Shown here one piece after another: positions 6,149 through 14,902 of a DNA stretch of 14,902 nucleotides. The stretch's first letter is position 1. Each line of letters opens with the position of its first letter. Below the pieces are notes generated by a model. That model was given only the letters and a program-made list of their open reading frames with translations. It ran no database searches and was not told the origin of the DNA. Source of the stretch: an uncultured bacterium (GTDB lineage: Bacteria > Hydrogenedentota > Hydrogenedentia > Hydrogenedentales > JAEUWI01). Location of the stretch: positions 1 through 14,902 of the forward strand of contig CAXBPH010000173.1 of the NCBI GenBank assembly GCA_963977445.1. The letters are read 5' to 3'. A program made the position numbers and the translations under genes.

Positions 6149-6609
6149 GCGGTTGCTTTCCGTGCCGAGAGTAATCTCGGCTCTTCACGTTAGCAAATGC
6201 TATAGCCGAGCACCTTTGTAAAAGATGCGGCCGTTATGCACTGCTACGATTGTTGAGCTTCCCCCTGTCTTTTTGGAATTGTCTAAACCATTTATACGTA
6301 TTTTAAACAGTTCTAGCGCAGATGGCAAGTCCAAAAGGGGCCAAATATTGAGGCTGGCGATTCCTACCCCTTATAACAGCCGGGATTGTTGTTTTGAGAG
6401 TGAATCGGTATAATCGCAACGAACGCTATGCGTGACACGAATTTCCAATGCCTGGCCCGGAAATCGTGGTCGACGGCAGGAGATAAAAACGGCAGGTGGC
6501 ACCTCGTGATACCACTTGGGTGCAGCGAGCGGGCGTGTGATTCACGGTGAATTTCGTAATACGAGAACGACCGTCTTTGTCGGGCTTTGAGTACAGATAG
6601 GAGTTCCTA

Positions 6610-8376
6610 ATGCGAATTGGACTATGTTTTACCTTGATTCTCCTGGTGTCTGGATGCGCTTCTACCCCGTCCGACACAAGCGCCCCGGCGGTCGAGTCAC
6701 CTCGTGCTACGGCAGATGCTCCCAAGGAAGCGACCCATCCTGTGCAGAAGGCTACGCCCCCTGCAAATGCCGTTCTCGGGGCGGTCGATGTGGATGTTTC
6801 CGACGTGACAGGCAAGAATCTTCCGGCCCGACTCGAACTCCAGTCGGTCGATGGTACACAGAAGTATTCCTATGAAATTCCCACCGGCGTTCAGAGCATC
6901 CAATCGCCTGTGGGCGATTTCTATGCCTTCGTTTACGTCTACGACAATGAAATACCGGTCATGGTCCATGCCCAGGAATTTACGATTGTCCAGGCGGAGA
7001 CAGGCTACATTCTCGTCAATCTGTTGGAGGGGGCCAGTGGCAAACTGAGCGTCCATGACTATGATCAGGATGGCGATCTGGCTATCGATAAAGTGGAACT
7101 TATCGCGGGCACAGACCCGGAAGATCCGACCAGCATACCCGGGCGACGTCCGGTCGTATTTGATGACCGGGTATTCCGCGACGAAGACCGGTGGTATAGC
7201 GGAGAGCTCAATGCGGTGAGTCGCTATGGTGGTGGTGAAGAAACGGTGGCAGAACTGATAAAACGTGCAGAGCAGGAAGGACTGGACTTTCTGGCGATTA
7301 CCGACCTGAACACCATGGACGCCTGCAACGATCCAGACTTTCATTCCGATAGCGTCGTGTTAATTCCCGCGCTCGCCTGGGGCACCGTTGAGGAGGGCAT
7401 TGCGCTCATCTATGGCCCCGCCACGGTGCCTGACTTGCCGACGTCTATCGCTGCCGCACAGGCGGAATGCGAACGGGTCCAGAGCCAGGGCGGCGTGTTT
7501 ACTATTGCCCATCCCTGCTTTGCGGAGAGCCCGTGGAAGTGGGGGTTGAGCAAGGTCAATGCGGTTCAGGTGTGGAATGGTGTCTGGCGCGAACCTGCCC
7601 CCCTGCTGCTGTCGTCTCTCCCCGAAGCATTGAAGAACCGCGACCCCAGCAATGGACAATTAATTCGGTCAATCGCGGCGACTGCGGCGATTGCGGGTAA
7701 GACGGCCGCAGCCGCAGCCGCAGCCAAGCGTAAAGACCTGGGGATATCTGCCAATGATCAGGCGGCAAAATATTGGGACTATGAATTAAACCGGGGCGAA
7801 GTAAGCAGCGTTATCGCGGGCGGTATGGTTGACCGTCGTAGCAAGCCCATGGGCTCACCCCGCACCTGGGTGCGGGCACCCAACAAGTCTGCCGCGGGCA
7901 TATTGTTCGGATTGCGAAAGGGCCGTACCTTCGTCAATGGCGGAGAAGATGGGGTCCAGATAAACTTTCGCGCCGATGCCCTGAGCGATGGAACGATCGA
8001 TGTGGGTGTGGGTGGTGCGGTTCCGTTGAAAGTCGACGTAGCTTTTAACGTTATCGTCTATGGTGCAGCAGGCGCCAAGGTAGAACTGCTTCGGGATGGC
8101 CATCAGGTTATCATCAAGACCGTTGATTCAAACCAGTTTGGCTTCGTATTCAATCAGGTGACGGACTACTCGTCCGCGTATCGGGTTCGGGTAATACGTC
8201 AGCCAGAGAAGCCGGAAAAAGGCTACGGACCGGTGGAAGTATTGGCTCTTTCCAGCCCGATTTATGCCGCAGATATCAGCTTGGATCTTCTCAGGACCGG
8301 CACAATGGACGAAGATAATTCGTGGATCCACTTGAAATCCAAGTTCACGAAAGAAGATCCCCGACTTCTGCAGTAG
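6610..8376 (+). CDS. Lipoprotein with a degenerate PHP (CehA/McbA-like metallohydrolase) domain and a Ca-binding-type DxDxDG..E..GTDP repeat
   Basis: Lipobox LLVSG-C after a hydrophobic signal peptide; scaffold motifs WYSGEL, GLDFLAITD, IAHP, VWNG, PRTWV, GLRKGRTFV and SSPIY; GGAG RBS upstream. Confidence 0.85.
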   Translation: MRIGLCFTLILLVSGCASTPSDTSAPAVESPRATADAPKEATHPVQKATPPANAVLGAVDVDVSDVTGKNLPARLELQSVDGTQKYSYEIPTGVQSIQSPVGDFYAFVYVYDNEIPVMVHAQEFTIVQAETGYILVNLLEGASGKLSVHDYDQDGDLAIDKVELIAGTDPEDPTSIPGRRPVVFDDRVFRDEDRWYSGELNAVSRYGGGEETVAELIKRAEQEGLDFLAITDLNTMDACNDPDFHSDSVVLIPALAWGTVEEGIALIYGPATVPDLPTSIAAAQAECERVQSQGGVFTIAHPCFAESPWKWGLSKVNAVQVWNGVWREPAPLLLSSLPEALKNRDPSNGQLIRSIAATAAIAGKTAAAAAAAKRKDLGISANDQAAKYWDYELNRGEVSSVIAGGMVDRRSKPMGSPRTWVRAPNKSAAGILFGLRKGRTFVNGGEDGVQINFRADALSDGTIDVGVGGAVPLKVDVAFNVIVYGAAGAKVELLRDGHQVIIKTVDSNQFGFVFNQVTDYSSAYRVRVIRQPEKPEKGYGPVEVLALSSPIYAADISLDLLRTGTMDEDNSWIHLKSKFTKEDPRLLQ

Positions 8377-8392
8377 CACCGTAGGCGCGTAA

Positions 8393-9355
8393 TCAGGAAT
8401 CATCCCGCTGTCGGAGTTCCTCGATGACGGTGTCAAGGATTTGCTTCAGACTGGTCGTGGGTTGATAGCCGATGGCTTGGCCTATCTTTTCCAGGCAGGG
8501 GGCACGATGCTGCATATCTTCGTAGCCCGGGCCGTAGGCTTTTTCGTAGGGCACGTAGGTAATTTCGGATTGGCTTCCGCATTGCTCGATGATCAGACGG
8601 GCTAAATCTTCGATGGTGACCTGTTGATTGCTACCGATATTGAAGACTTCCCCATTCACGTCATTACGATCCATGAGGGTTACGAGGGCCGGCACGACAT
8701 CACCCACGTAGGTGAAACAGCGGGATTGCTTGCCGTCACCAAATACGGTCAGCGGTCGGTTGTCGAGGGCCTGACGCACAAGATTGGGGATAACCATGCC
8801 GTAGCGGCCCGTCTGTCGCGGTCCCACCGTGTTAAACAGGCGCACCACGACCACGGGATGGCGCTTCTCGTGCCAGTAGGCCAGGGCGAGGAACTCATCG
8901 AGGGCTTTTGATGCCGCGTAGCACCAGCGATGGCGATGGGTGGGGCCAATTACACGGTCATCATTTTCGTTGAATATTTCCCGGGAACCCTTGCCATAGA
9001 CCTCACTGGTGGATGTGAACAAGAGCTTCCGTCGGTAGCGACAGGCCTCTTCCAGAACAATTTCGGTGCTGCGAATATTGTTTATGATCGTGTGGATGGG
9101 CTTTTCTACGACCAACTGCACACCTACCGTAGCGGCCAGGTGATATACGACATCCACGTCGCGAACCAGGTCGCGAACTATCTCTTGATTCATGGCAGTG
9201 TCGATGATGCAGGTCAGGCCGTCGAGGTGTTCAATGTTTTCAAAGCGACCGGTACTCAAATCGTCCAGGACGAATACCTGATCTCCCCGTTTTACCAGTG
9301 CGTCGCATAAGTGCGAACCGATAAACCCGGCACCGCCTGTTACCAATACCCGCAT
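8393..9355 (-). CDS. NAD-dependent nucleotide-sugar epimerase/dehydratase (extended SDR)
   Basis: MRVLVTGGAGFIGSHL, HLAA, STSEVYG, YAASK, RLFNTVGPRQ. Start re-placed at 9355, behind AAGGAGG at 9368-9362; 320 aa. Confidence 0.95.
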   Translation of the reverse strand: MRVLVTGGAGFIGSHLCDALVKRGDQVFVLDDLSTGRFENIEHLDGLTCIIDTAMNQEIVRDLVRDVDVVYHLAATVGVQLVVEKPIHTIINNIRSTEIVLEEACRYRRKLLFTSTSEVYGKGSREIFNENDDRVIGPTHRHRWCYAASKALDEFLALAYWHEKRHPVVVVRLFNTVGPRQTGRYGMVIPNLVRQALDNRPLTVFGDGKQSRCFTYVGDVVPALVTLMDRNDVNGEVFNIGSNQQVTIEDLARLIIEQCGSQSEITYVPYEKAYGPGYEDMQHRAPCLEKIGQAIGYQPTTSLKQILDTVIEELRQRDDS

Positions 9356-9611
9356 GATGTCCCTCCTTGGATCTGGGTTAAGCAATAAAGAAGTATACGG
9401 CCTGAAACGTCCTTGCGCAAGATTGTTGACACTTCCAGGGGTGTTTTCCATGGGGGTGGAACTGGGATCGCTGCCACTACAATCTAGACCGCCTATCGTG
9501 GACCGGAACGTGAGAAGTGCGTTCGGACCGGCGCACGCCAAGAGGTATTATTGGAATAATTGATATTATTCTTGTGAATTGTCCAGCTTTCGTACATCAG
9601 AACTATTTCTA

Positions 9612-9641
9612 TTGACAGATTCCGCATTCCGTGTTTATGCT
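9612..9641 (+). promoter_or_regulatory. Sigma70-type promoter for the cold-shock gene
   Basis: TTGACA (9612-9617), 18 bp, TATGCT (9636-9641). Confidence 0.55.
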
Positions 9642-9739
9642 TGAAGGTGCGGAATAGTTATGTAGTACGTGTCAGGGATTTTCTAGGGAATTTCCCATGA
9701 CAACTACAGGGAGTACGAGCAACAGGAAGGGAGGAGGTC

Positions 9740-9976
9740 GTGTCTGATTTAGAAGCCTCTACACTGAAATCTGGAAAAGTTAAGTGGTTCAGCGATCAAA
9801 AGGGATATGGTTTCATCGCCCGTGAGGAAGCGAGCGACGTTTTTGTTCACCATACCGCGATCGACATGGACGGATTTCGGACGTTGCGACAAGGTGAGGA
9901 CGTGGAGTATCAGTTAAAGGACGGCACCAAAGGTCCGCAGGCTATTATGGTTAAGAAAGCGGGTAGCAAAACGTAA
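9740..9976 (+). CDS. csp: Cold-shock domain protein (CspA/CspD family)
   Basis: GKVKWF..KGYGFI (RNP-1), DVFVH (RNP-2), GFRTL, KGPQA; RBS GGAGGAGG before GTG. Confidence 0.95.
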   Translation: MSDLEASTLKSGKVKWFSDQKGYGFIAREEASDVFVHHTAIDMDGFRTLRQGEDVEYQLKDGTKGPQAIMVKKAGSKT

Positions 9977-10001
9977 CCTTTGTGCGTAGCGTTAACGTGG
10001 T

Positions 10002-10054
10002 ATACGGCTGATGATTGAGGGGTTGGGGTCTCAATAGTCAGCCGTATCCCTTTC
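10002..10054 (+). terminator. Long hairpin downstream of csp, possible terminator or stability element
   Basis: ATACGGCTGA (10002-10011) pairs with TCAGCCGTAT (10038-10047), inner ATTGAG/CTCAAT; only a weak U tract. Confidence 0.5.
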
Positions 10055-10097
10055 TGCCTCACGAGGCCCGAGTTGCATTCACCTGTCCTGATTCACA

Positions 10098-10130
10098 AAG
10101 AAAAAACTCCAAGCGATTAACTTGGAGTTT
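10098..10130 (-). terminator. Intrinsic terminator of the aminotransferase gene
   Basis: Minus strand CTCCAAG-ttaatcg-CTTGGAG-TTTTTT, 30 bp after the stop codon. Confidence 0.8.
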
Positions 10131-10160
10131 CCTCGAATTACTGACGTTGTTGGAAGGTTA

Positions 10161-11462
10161 TTACCGTCCGCAGTAGGTGTCTATGGACTCCCGCAGGGTC
10201 TTGAAAATCTGTTGCCGCTTTTCGGGGTCGGTCTCGAGCAAGGTAAATCGGAACCCGGCATGGCTGCATTGGAACCCGGTAAGTGGCACCACGACGATGC
10301 CCGTGGCACCCATGAGGTAGTAAACGAACCGTTTGTCGGGCGTTACCCCTTTTACCAATTCCTTAATCCGCGCTTCGACTTTCGGCGAGTCGATTTCCAG
10401 GTATTGCTGGTCATTCAACAGGCCGTCGAGGAACATGATGGTGAAGTAAAAAGCGCCACCAGGTTTGTTTGCGATGACATACTCACATCCCTCGAACGCC
10501 GCCGCCGCTTCATTCGCCCGGTCATTGAACATGGCTGCCCGGGTCAGGAGATGGTCTGGATAACGACTGTCGCCAAAAACACGGGGGATCGACATCTGGG
10601 GAAGGGTTGTTGAGCACACCTCAAGACGCTTCGCGGCGAGGAGACTATCCACATAAGTCGCGAAATTGGAGTCCCGACGGCGATTCAACACCTCAAGCCA
10701 CCCGCAACGAGAGCCCGGCCAGGGGTATTCCTTGCTGATGCCGCGCATGGCGATAGCCGGAACATCCTGAATCCACTGGCTCGTGTGAAGTCGTGGATAG
10801 CCATCGTATACGATATGGGCGTAAATTTCGTCTGTGATGATAAAGAGGTCAAATTCCTGCGCGATCTTAACGATTTCGTCCAGGATTTCCCGTGGATATA
10901 CCGCACCCGTCGGGTTGTCCGGCGTCAGGATAAGGATGCCGGCGATAGAATCATTGTATTTCACCTTCATCCGGATATCATTGACATCGGGCATCCACCC
11001 ATTTAGGGGATCCAACTCGTAGGTCAGATGACTGTATCCCGAGTGGGCTGCCTCGGCAGACGAGTGGGTGCTATAGGCCGGGGAGGGGCCGAGGATGCGG
11101 GCTTCACGCTTCAGGAAGCCATAAACCCGTGCGACCGCGTCACCAATACCATTGAAGAACAAAAGGTCGTCACGGGTAATCTGGACGCCCTCATCGCGTT
11201 CATTTACCTTGGCGGCGAGAAAATCACGGGTTTCCAGGACGCCCGCCGAGTCGCAATAACCATAGCTCGCAGGTTCTTCCAGTAATTCCTGGAGGATTTC
11301 CTTAATCCAGGGGGCAAGGGCTTCTCCCTTTTCAATCGGGTCGCCGATATTCTCCCAGATGATCTCGCGACCCAGGGCTTTTATTTCACGGGCTACCGCT
11401 ACGATCTCACGGATCTCATAGCTCAGGTTGCCGGCACCTTCATGAACAATACTACGCCTCAT
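10161..11462 (-). CDS. PLP-dependent aminotransferase class I/II (AlaA/AlaT-like)
   Basis: NIGDP, PDNPTGAVY, DEIY, ISKEYPWPGSRCGW (PLP lysine), PGGAFY, GIVVVPLTGF, FRFTLL; GAGG RBS upstream. Confidence 0.93.
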   Translation of the reverse strand: MRRSIVHEGAGNLSYEIREIVAVAREIKALGREIIWENIGDPIEKGEALAPWIKEILQELLEEPASYGYCDSAGVLETRDFLAAKVNERDEGVQITRDDLLFFNGIGDAVARVYGFLKREARILGPSPAYSTHSSAEAAHSGYSHLTYELDPLNGWMPDVNDIRMKVKYNDSIAGILILTPDNPTGAVYPREILDEIVKIAQEFDLFIITDEIYAHIVYDGYPRLHTSQWIQDVPAIAMRGISKEYPWPGSRCGWLEVLNRRRDSNFATYVDSLLAAKRLEVCSTTLPQMSIPRVFGDSRYPDHLLTRAAMFNDRANEAAAAFEGCEYVIANKPGGAFYFTIMFLDGLLNDQQYLEIDSPKVEARIKELVKGVTPDKRFVYYLMGATGIVVVPLTGFQCSHAGFRFTLLETDPEKRQQIFKTLRESIDTYCGR

Positions 11463-11677
11463 AGCGACCTCTCTCGAAGGGGAGTTGGAAAATTCTTATG
11501 TTAAGCCCGGGCACATGCATACTCGGAGCCAATTAAAACGACGGAACTATAGACCGATGGGGGAATAGCATGGAAAATGGCCGTGATCGGAAGGCCGATC
11601 ATAGGTTTTTCCATGAACAAAATGCAAAATTCCTGCAAGGAAAAATGCTGTTCAATCACAGCCGACCCAAAGGCTGC

Positions 11678-12580
11678 TCAGGAGCGCCTGTCCTGAAACA
11701 GGCCCGATTGACCTGCCGTGGACGCTTTGCTGCGAAGGTGGGAAAGGATCTCAAATAGTTCCCGTGAGCTGGAGTTGCTATCCGATTCACAGGTGGTCAC
11801 ACACATCAGGTATTCCAGCATCTTGTTGGCTATCCAGGATTTAATTTGCGTAGGTTTGCCCACCGACTCAAGAAATCCATGCAGGTGCTTTTGCCAGATT
11901 TTCTCTACCCGATCACTGTAGGCGCCGGAGCTGTCGGGCGATATGATGAACACAAAGTGCCCGCCGCCCATGTGCCCCACCGAAAAGAAGCGGGGACTCA
12001 CATCCCGAGCGCTCAGGTGGAGGCAGCGACCAAAATGGCGAAGTGCTTTTGTGTATTCCTCCCGGCCGGCCTGCTGGGAAAAGTCATTTACGCCAATCAA
12101 TTCGATATACCCTACAACAAACTTAACTTTGTTGTTGATGGATTTTTGAATTTCCAACTTAATGCTTTTGGCTGTTGGAAGTCCCGTCAGGTCGTCTTTC
12201 AACGGGAGGCCAGCGCTTGCCGTGAGCAAATTCTCGATTCGTGTCAACAGGGCACCCGTGTTAAAGGGTTTGGTCACGTAATCATCTGCACCCTGGGCCA
12301 GACCGTGGTGGATTTCCTCGTCCGAATTCATGGAAGAAAGGAACAGGATGGGCAGCGTATAGAGGTCCGTGTTGGCCCGGATTCGCCGACAGACCTCAAA
12401 TCCAGACACGTCGGGCAGCATGACGTCAAGAATAAGTAAATCGAACGGGTTTTTGTTCACATTTTCCAGGGCGGTTTCGCCGCGGGTTTCATAGCGACAC
12501 GAATGCCCTTTGTGGGTCAATTGTTCACACAGAAACTTTGAAATCCGCGGATCATCATCAACTACGAGTATGTTGGCCAT
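11678..12580 (-). CDS. Response regulator: REC domain plus degenerate GGDEF-like domain
   Basis: ILVVDDD, LILDVMLPD (phospho-Asp), GADDYVTKPF; then DDLTGLP and VGHMGGGHF. Probable start 12580 (GAGAGAAGGG upstream); the ORF track extends to 12628. Confidence 0.88.
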   Translation of the reverse strand: MANILVVDDDPRISKFLCEQLTHKGHSCRYETRGETALENVNKNPFDLLILDVMLPDVSGFEVCRRIRANTDLYTLPILFLSSMNSDEEIHHGLAQGADDYVTKPFNTGALLTRIENLLTASAGLPLKDDLTGLPTAKSIKLEIQKSINNKVKFVVGYIELIGVNDFSQQAGREEYTKALRHFGRCLHLSARDVSPRFFSVGHMGGGHFVFIISPDSSGAYSDRVEKIWQKHLHGFLESVGKPTQIKSWIANKMLEYLMCVTTCESDSNSSSRELFEILSHLRSKASTAGQSGLFQDRRS

Positions 12581-12874
12581 GCCCTTCTCTCTATTCATTG
12601 GACGCACAAATACCGATTGCTCCGCCATGCGTACTCTTTACTACCCACTCCCGATACGCCCAGTTCCTCACTTTTCGACGACAGCACCATGAGTCTGCCC
12701 CACGTTGCCAAGGTACTTTTTGCATAGTATACCCTAATCGGGTGGAAATTGCCTTTGTCTTACGCAAATTCAAAGGGGTACTTGATTTAGCACCGTAGGG
12801 TCGGGCAACATCAAGGAACCCGTCAACGGGTATACATTTTCAATCTTAATTTTATTCAGGAGAAATTGTACACC

Positions 12875-13021
12875 ATGAAAATGGTCAAAGTGCGAGAAAC
12901 ATTCGCCGCCCTGTTCGCTCTCGTCTTAGTGGTTCTCTTGGTGGCCGTTATTGCCAAAGTGTTTGGTTTTGAAATCCCCGGACTCATTCATATAACCAAC
13001 GCGCTGGGTATTGGCAACTGA
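12875..13021 (+). CDS. Small membrane protein, 48 aa (not in ORF track)
   Basis: AGGAGA RBS at 12858-12863; MKMVKVRETFAALFALVLVVLLVAVIAKVFGFEIPGLIHITNALGIGN fills the gap between two minus-strand genes and has a basic N-terminus plus one clear TM helix. Confidence 0.65.
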   Translation: MKMVKVRETFAALFALVLVVLLVAVIAKVFGFEIPGLIHITNALGIGN

Positions 13022-13059
13022 ATCGAATGGGCGTATACACAGCCTGCGGGTTTGTCGCA

Positions 13060-14538
13060 TCAAGATTCATCTGACGGGGCACGGGGGGGCGGACTATTCT
13101 GTACCGCAGGCTCCTTAGTTTTGGCCGGTTCACCCTGTCCATGGGCTTGCAGACGCTTCAAACCGTTGAGAGCAGCTATCTTGTAGGCCTCCGCCAGGGT
13201 TGGGTAGTTGAACACGGTGTCCACGAAGTAGCTGATTGAGCCACTGAAGGCCATAACCGCCTGGCCGATGTGGAGTAACTCAGATGCCCCATCGCCCATA
13301 ATATGCACGCCAAGCAGTCGGCCCGTTTTCTGGTGAAAAATGAGCTTGAGCATGCCCGACTCATCACCCATGATCTGTCCCTTGGCCACTTCGCGATACC
13401 GGGCTATACCGATCTCAAAAGGCACCGCCTCTTCACTCAATTCGTGTTCCGTCTTACCCACCATGGAAATCTCAGGTATGGTGTAAATACCGTAAGGCAA
13501 CAACTCATTGTCTGAAAAGAAAGGCACCCCAAAGGCGTGACAGGCCGCCAGGCGGCCTTGTTCCATGGAGGTCGAGGCGAGCGCGGGGAAGCCTACGATG
13601 TCGCCGGCAGCGTAAATATGGGGTACAGAGGTTTGGAGATTGTCGTTGACGTCGATGAGCCCCCGGCTGTTTGTTTCCAGCCCGGCCGCTTCGAGATTGA
13701 GTCCTTGTGTTGCTCCGGAACGGCCTGACGCAAACATGAGCATGTCCGTCTTGATTACCCGGCCGTTTTCCAGAGTTGTCACCACGTGCCCGTGGGCATC
13801 GGTCTCCACGGAGGTAAAGTCTTTACCCATATAGAGCGTCACACGCTCATCGCGCATGTGGTAGGTCAATGCATCGCAGATTTCACGGTCAATGAAGCGG
13901 AAGAGCTCGGTGCGACGATCCAGCAACCGTACATCGACGCCGAGGGCAGAAAACATGCAGGCATACTCGGTGCCAATGACACCGGCGCCAATAATCAGCA
14001 TGCTCCGCGGCATGGTCTCAAGGGAAAAGTCGTCGCCAAACATGGTGTCGGTGTCGATAATGGTCCGACCGTTGAAGGGGACACGATCAGCAAGGTAGGG
14101 TATGGTGCCGACGCTGATAAGAATCTTTCGGGCTTCCACCAATCGACGGCCATTCATCGTGTCGATGCCTACGATGTTGGGGCCTTCGAAAGATGCCGTA
14201 CCATAGGCGATGTCCACGCCTGTGCGGAGCAGTCGGCTCCGGGCCACCTCGTTCTCGTGGGCGACGACGCGACTCACCCGTTGCTTCAGGTCAGCGAAGG
14301 ACAGATCATGTTTGATCTGAAAGCTGCGTCCATACACAGCGCGGTGACGAAGGCCGGTAAAGTGGATAATGGCCTCCCGCAAGGTCTTGCTCGGTATCGT
14401 GCCCGTATTGGTGCAGACGCCGCCGAGGACCTGCTGTTTTTCTGCGATCAGAACGTTTTTGCCCAGTTTCGCTGCCTGAATGGCCGCGCGCTGGCCCGCC
14501 GGTCCTGAGCCGATAACCATCAGATCCACTTTTTCCAT
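13060..14538 (-). CDS. sthA: Soluble (Si-specific) pyridine nucleotide transhydrogenase
   Basis: GSGPAG FAD motif, GGVCTNTGTIPSKTLRE (single Cys, CxxxxT), GAGVIG.EYA, GFPALASTSMEQGR, FNYPTLAEAYKIAA; RBS AAGGAG. Confidence 0.95.
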   Translation of the reverse strand: MEKVDLMVIGSGPAGQRAAIQAAKLGKNVLIAEKQQVLGGVCTNTGTIPSKTLREAIIHFTGLRHRAVYGRSFQIKHDLSFADLKQRVSRVVAHENEVARSRLLRTGVDIAYGTASFEGPNIVGIDTMNGRRLVEARKILISVGTIPYLADRVPFNGRTIIDTDTMFGDDFSLETMPRSMLIIGAGVIGTEYACMFSALGVDVRLLDRRTELFRFIDREICDALTYHMRDERVTLYMGKDFTSVETDAHGHVVTTLENGRVIKTDMLMFASGRSGATQGLNLEAAGLETNSRGLIDVNDNLQTSVPHIYAAGDIVGFPALASTSMEQGRLAACHAFGVPFFSDNELLPYGIYTIPEISMVGKTEHELSEEAVPFEIGIARYREVAKGQIMGDESGMLKLIFHQKTGRLLGVHIMGDGASELLHIGQAVMAFSGSISYFVDTVFNYPTLAEAYKIAALNGLKRLQAHGQGEPAKTKEPAVQNSPPPRAPSDES

Positions 14539-14902
14539 TCACCAAACTCCTTCGTTGATTCACAGGTAGATTGCCTAGCAGCCCGTTGTAAAACTCGGAC
14601 GTGGGCTACGAATGGACTTCCTGGCCGAACACGGCATTGCGAAACCTGGAAAATGCATACATTTCCTGTGGTTCCACGCCTTGATTTCGACCAAGGATCT
14701 TCCCTCTCGTCTACACTTGCCTTCACACGCCTTTTGCAACGACCTACTAGCAGTATGCGTAACCTCAGGGGCATGGTGCAAGCGGTTGTATCGGAACCGA
14801 TGAATTTTAAATTGCATTAATGTAATAGTGACCTAGGTATCGAATCAGTTGATGCCCATCATATCGTTGTGATAGGCTGATTGCTGGGAGTCGTGACCCA
14901 GG

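Noticed and set aside
9356..9541. 62-aa N-terminal extension of the epimerase in the ORF track
   Set aside because: The Rossmann motif begins at Met 9355, which has a strong AAGGAGG RBS.
6426..14508. Long antisense ORFs (6697-7344, 10122-10613, 11846-12439, 13786-14508 and others)
   Set aside because: Shadow frames opposite well-supported genes.
1..14902. tRNA or rRNA genes
   Set aside because: No cloverleaf with a T-loop GTTCRA in proper context and no rRNA-like segment seen.

Overview
Bacterial genomic window with two parts. About 1-4400 is an accessory, palindrome-rich island: a 5'-truncated (orphan) RHS/YD-repeat toxin with an unusual 85-aa Cys-periodic C-terminal domain, a downstream 4-TM putative immunity gene, a ~1.1 kb mosaic of REP/REPIN-like inverted-repeat modules (a further copy lies at 1-116, on the other side of the RHS cassette), broken remnants of a REP-associated tyrosine (Y1/HUH) transposase, and a short IS3-like scar. 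About 4540-14902 looks like core chromosome: a stand-alone large-serine-recombinase DNA-binding-domain gene with its own promoter, structured ~180-nt leader and terminator; a YtrA-type GntR regulator; a lipoprotein whose PHP (CehA/McbA-like) domain has lost most metal ligands; an NAD-dependent sugar epimerase/dehydratase; a cold-shock protein; a class I/II aminotransferase; a REC plus degenerate-GGDEF regulator; a 48-aa membrane protein missing from the ORF track; and soluble transhydrogenase sthA. The best candidates for undescribed biology are REP/RAYT-bounded RHS toxin-immunity cassettes and the catalytic-domain-less recombinase gene with its structured leader RNA. All family calls come from motif recognition by eye; no database search was run.
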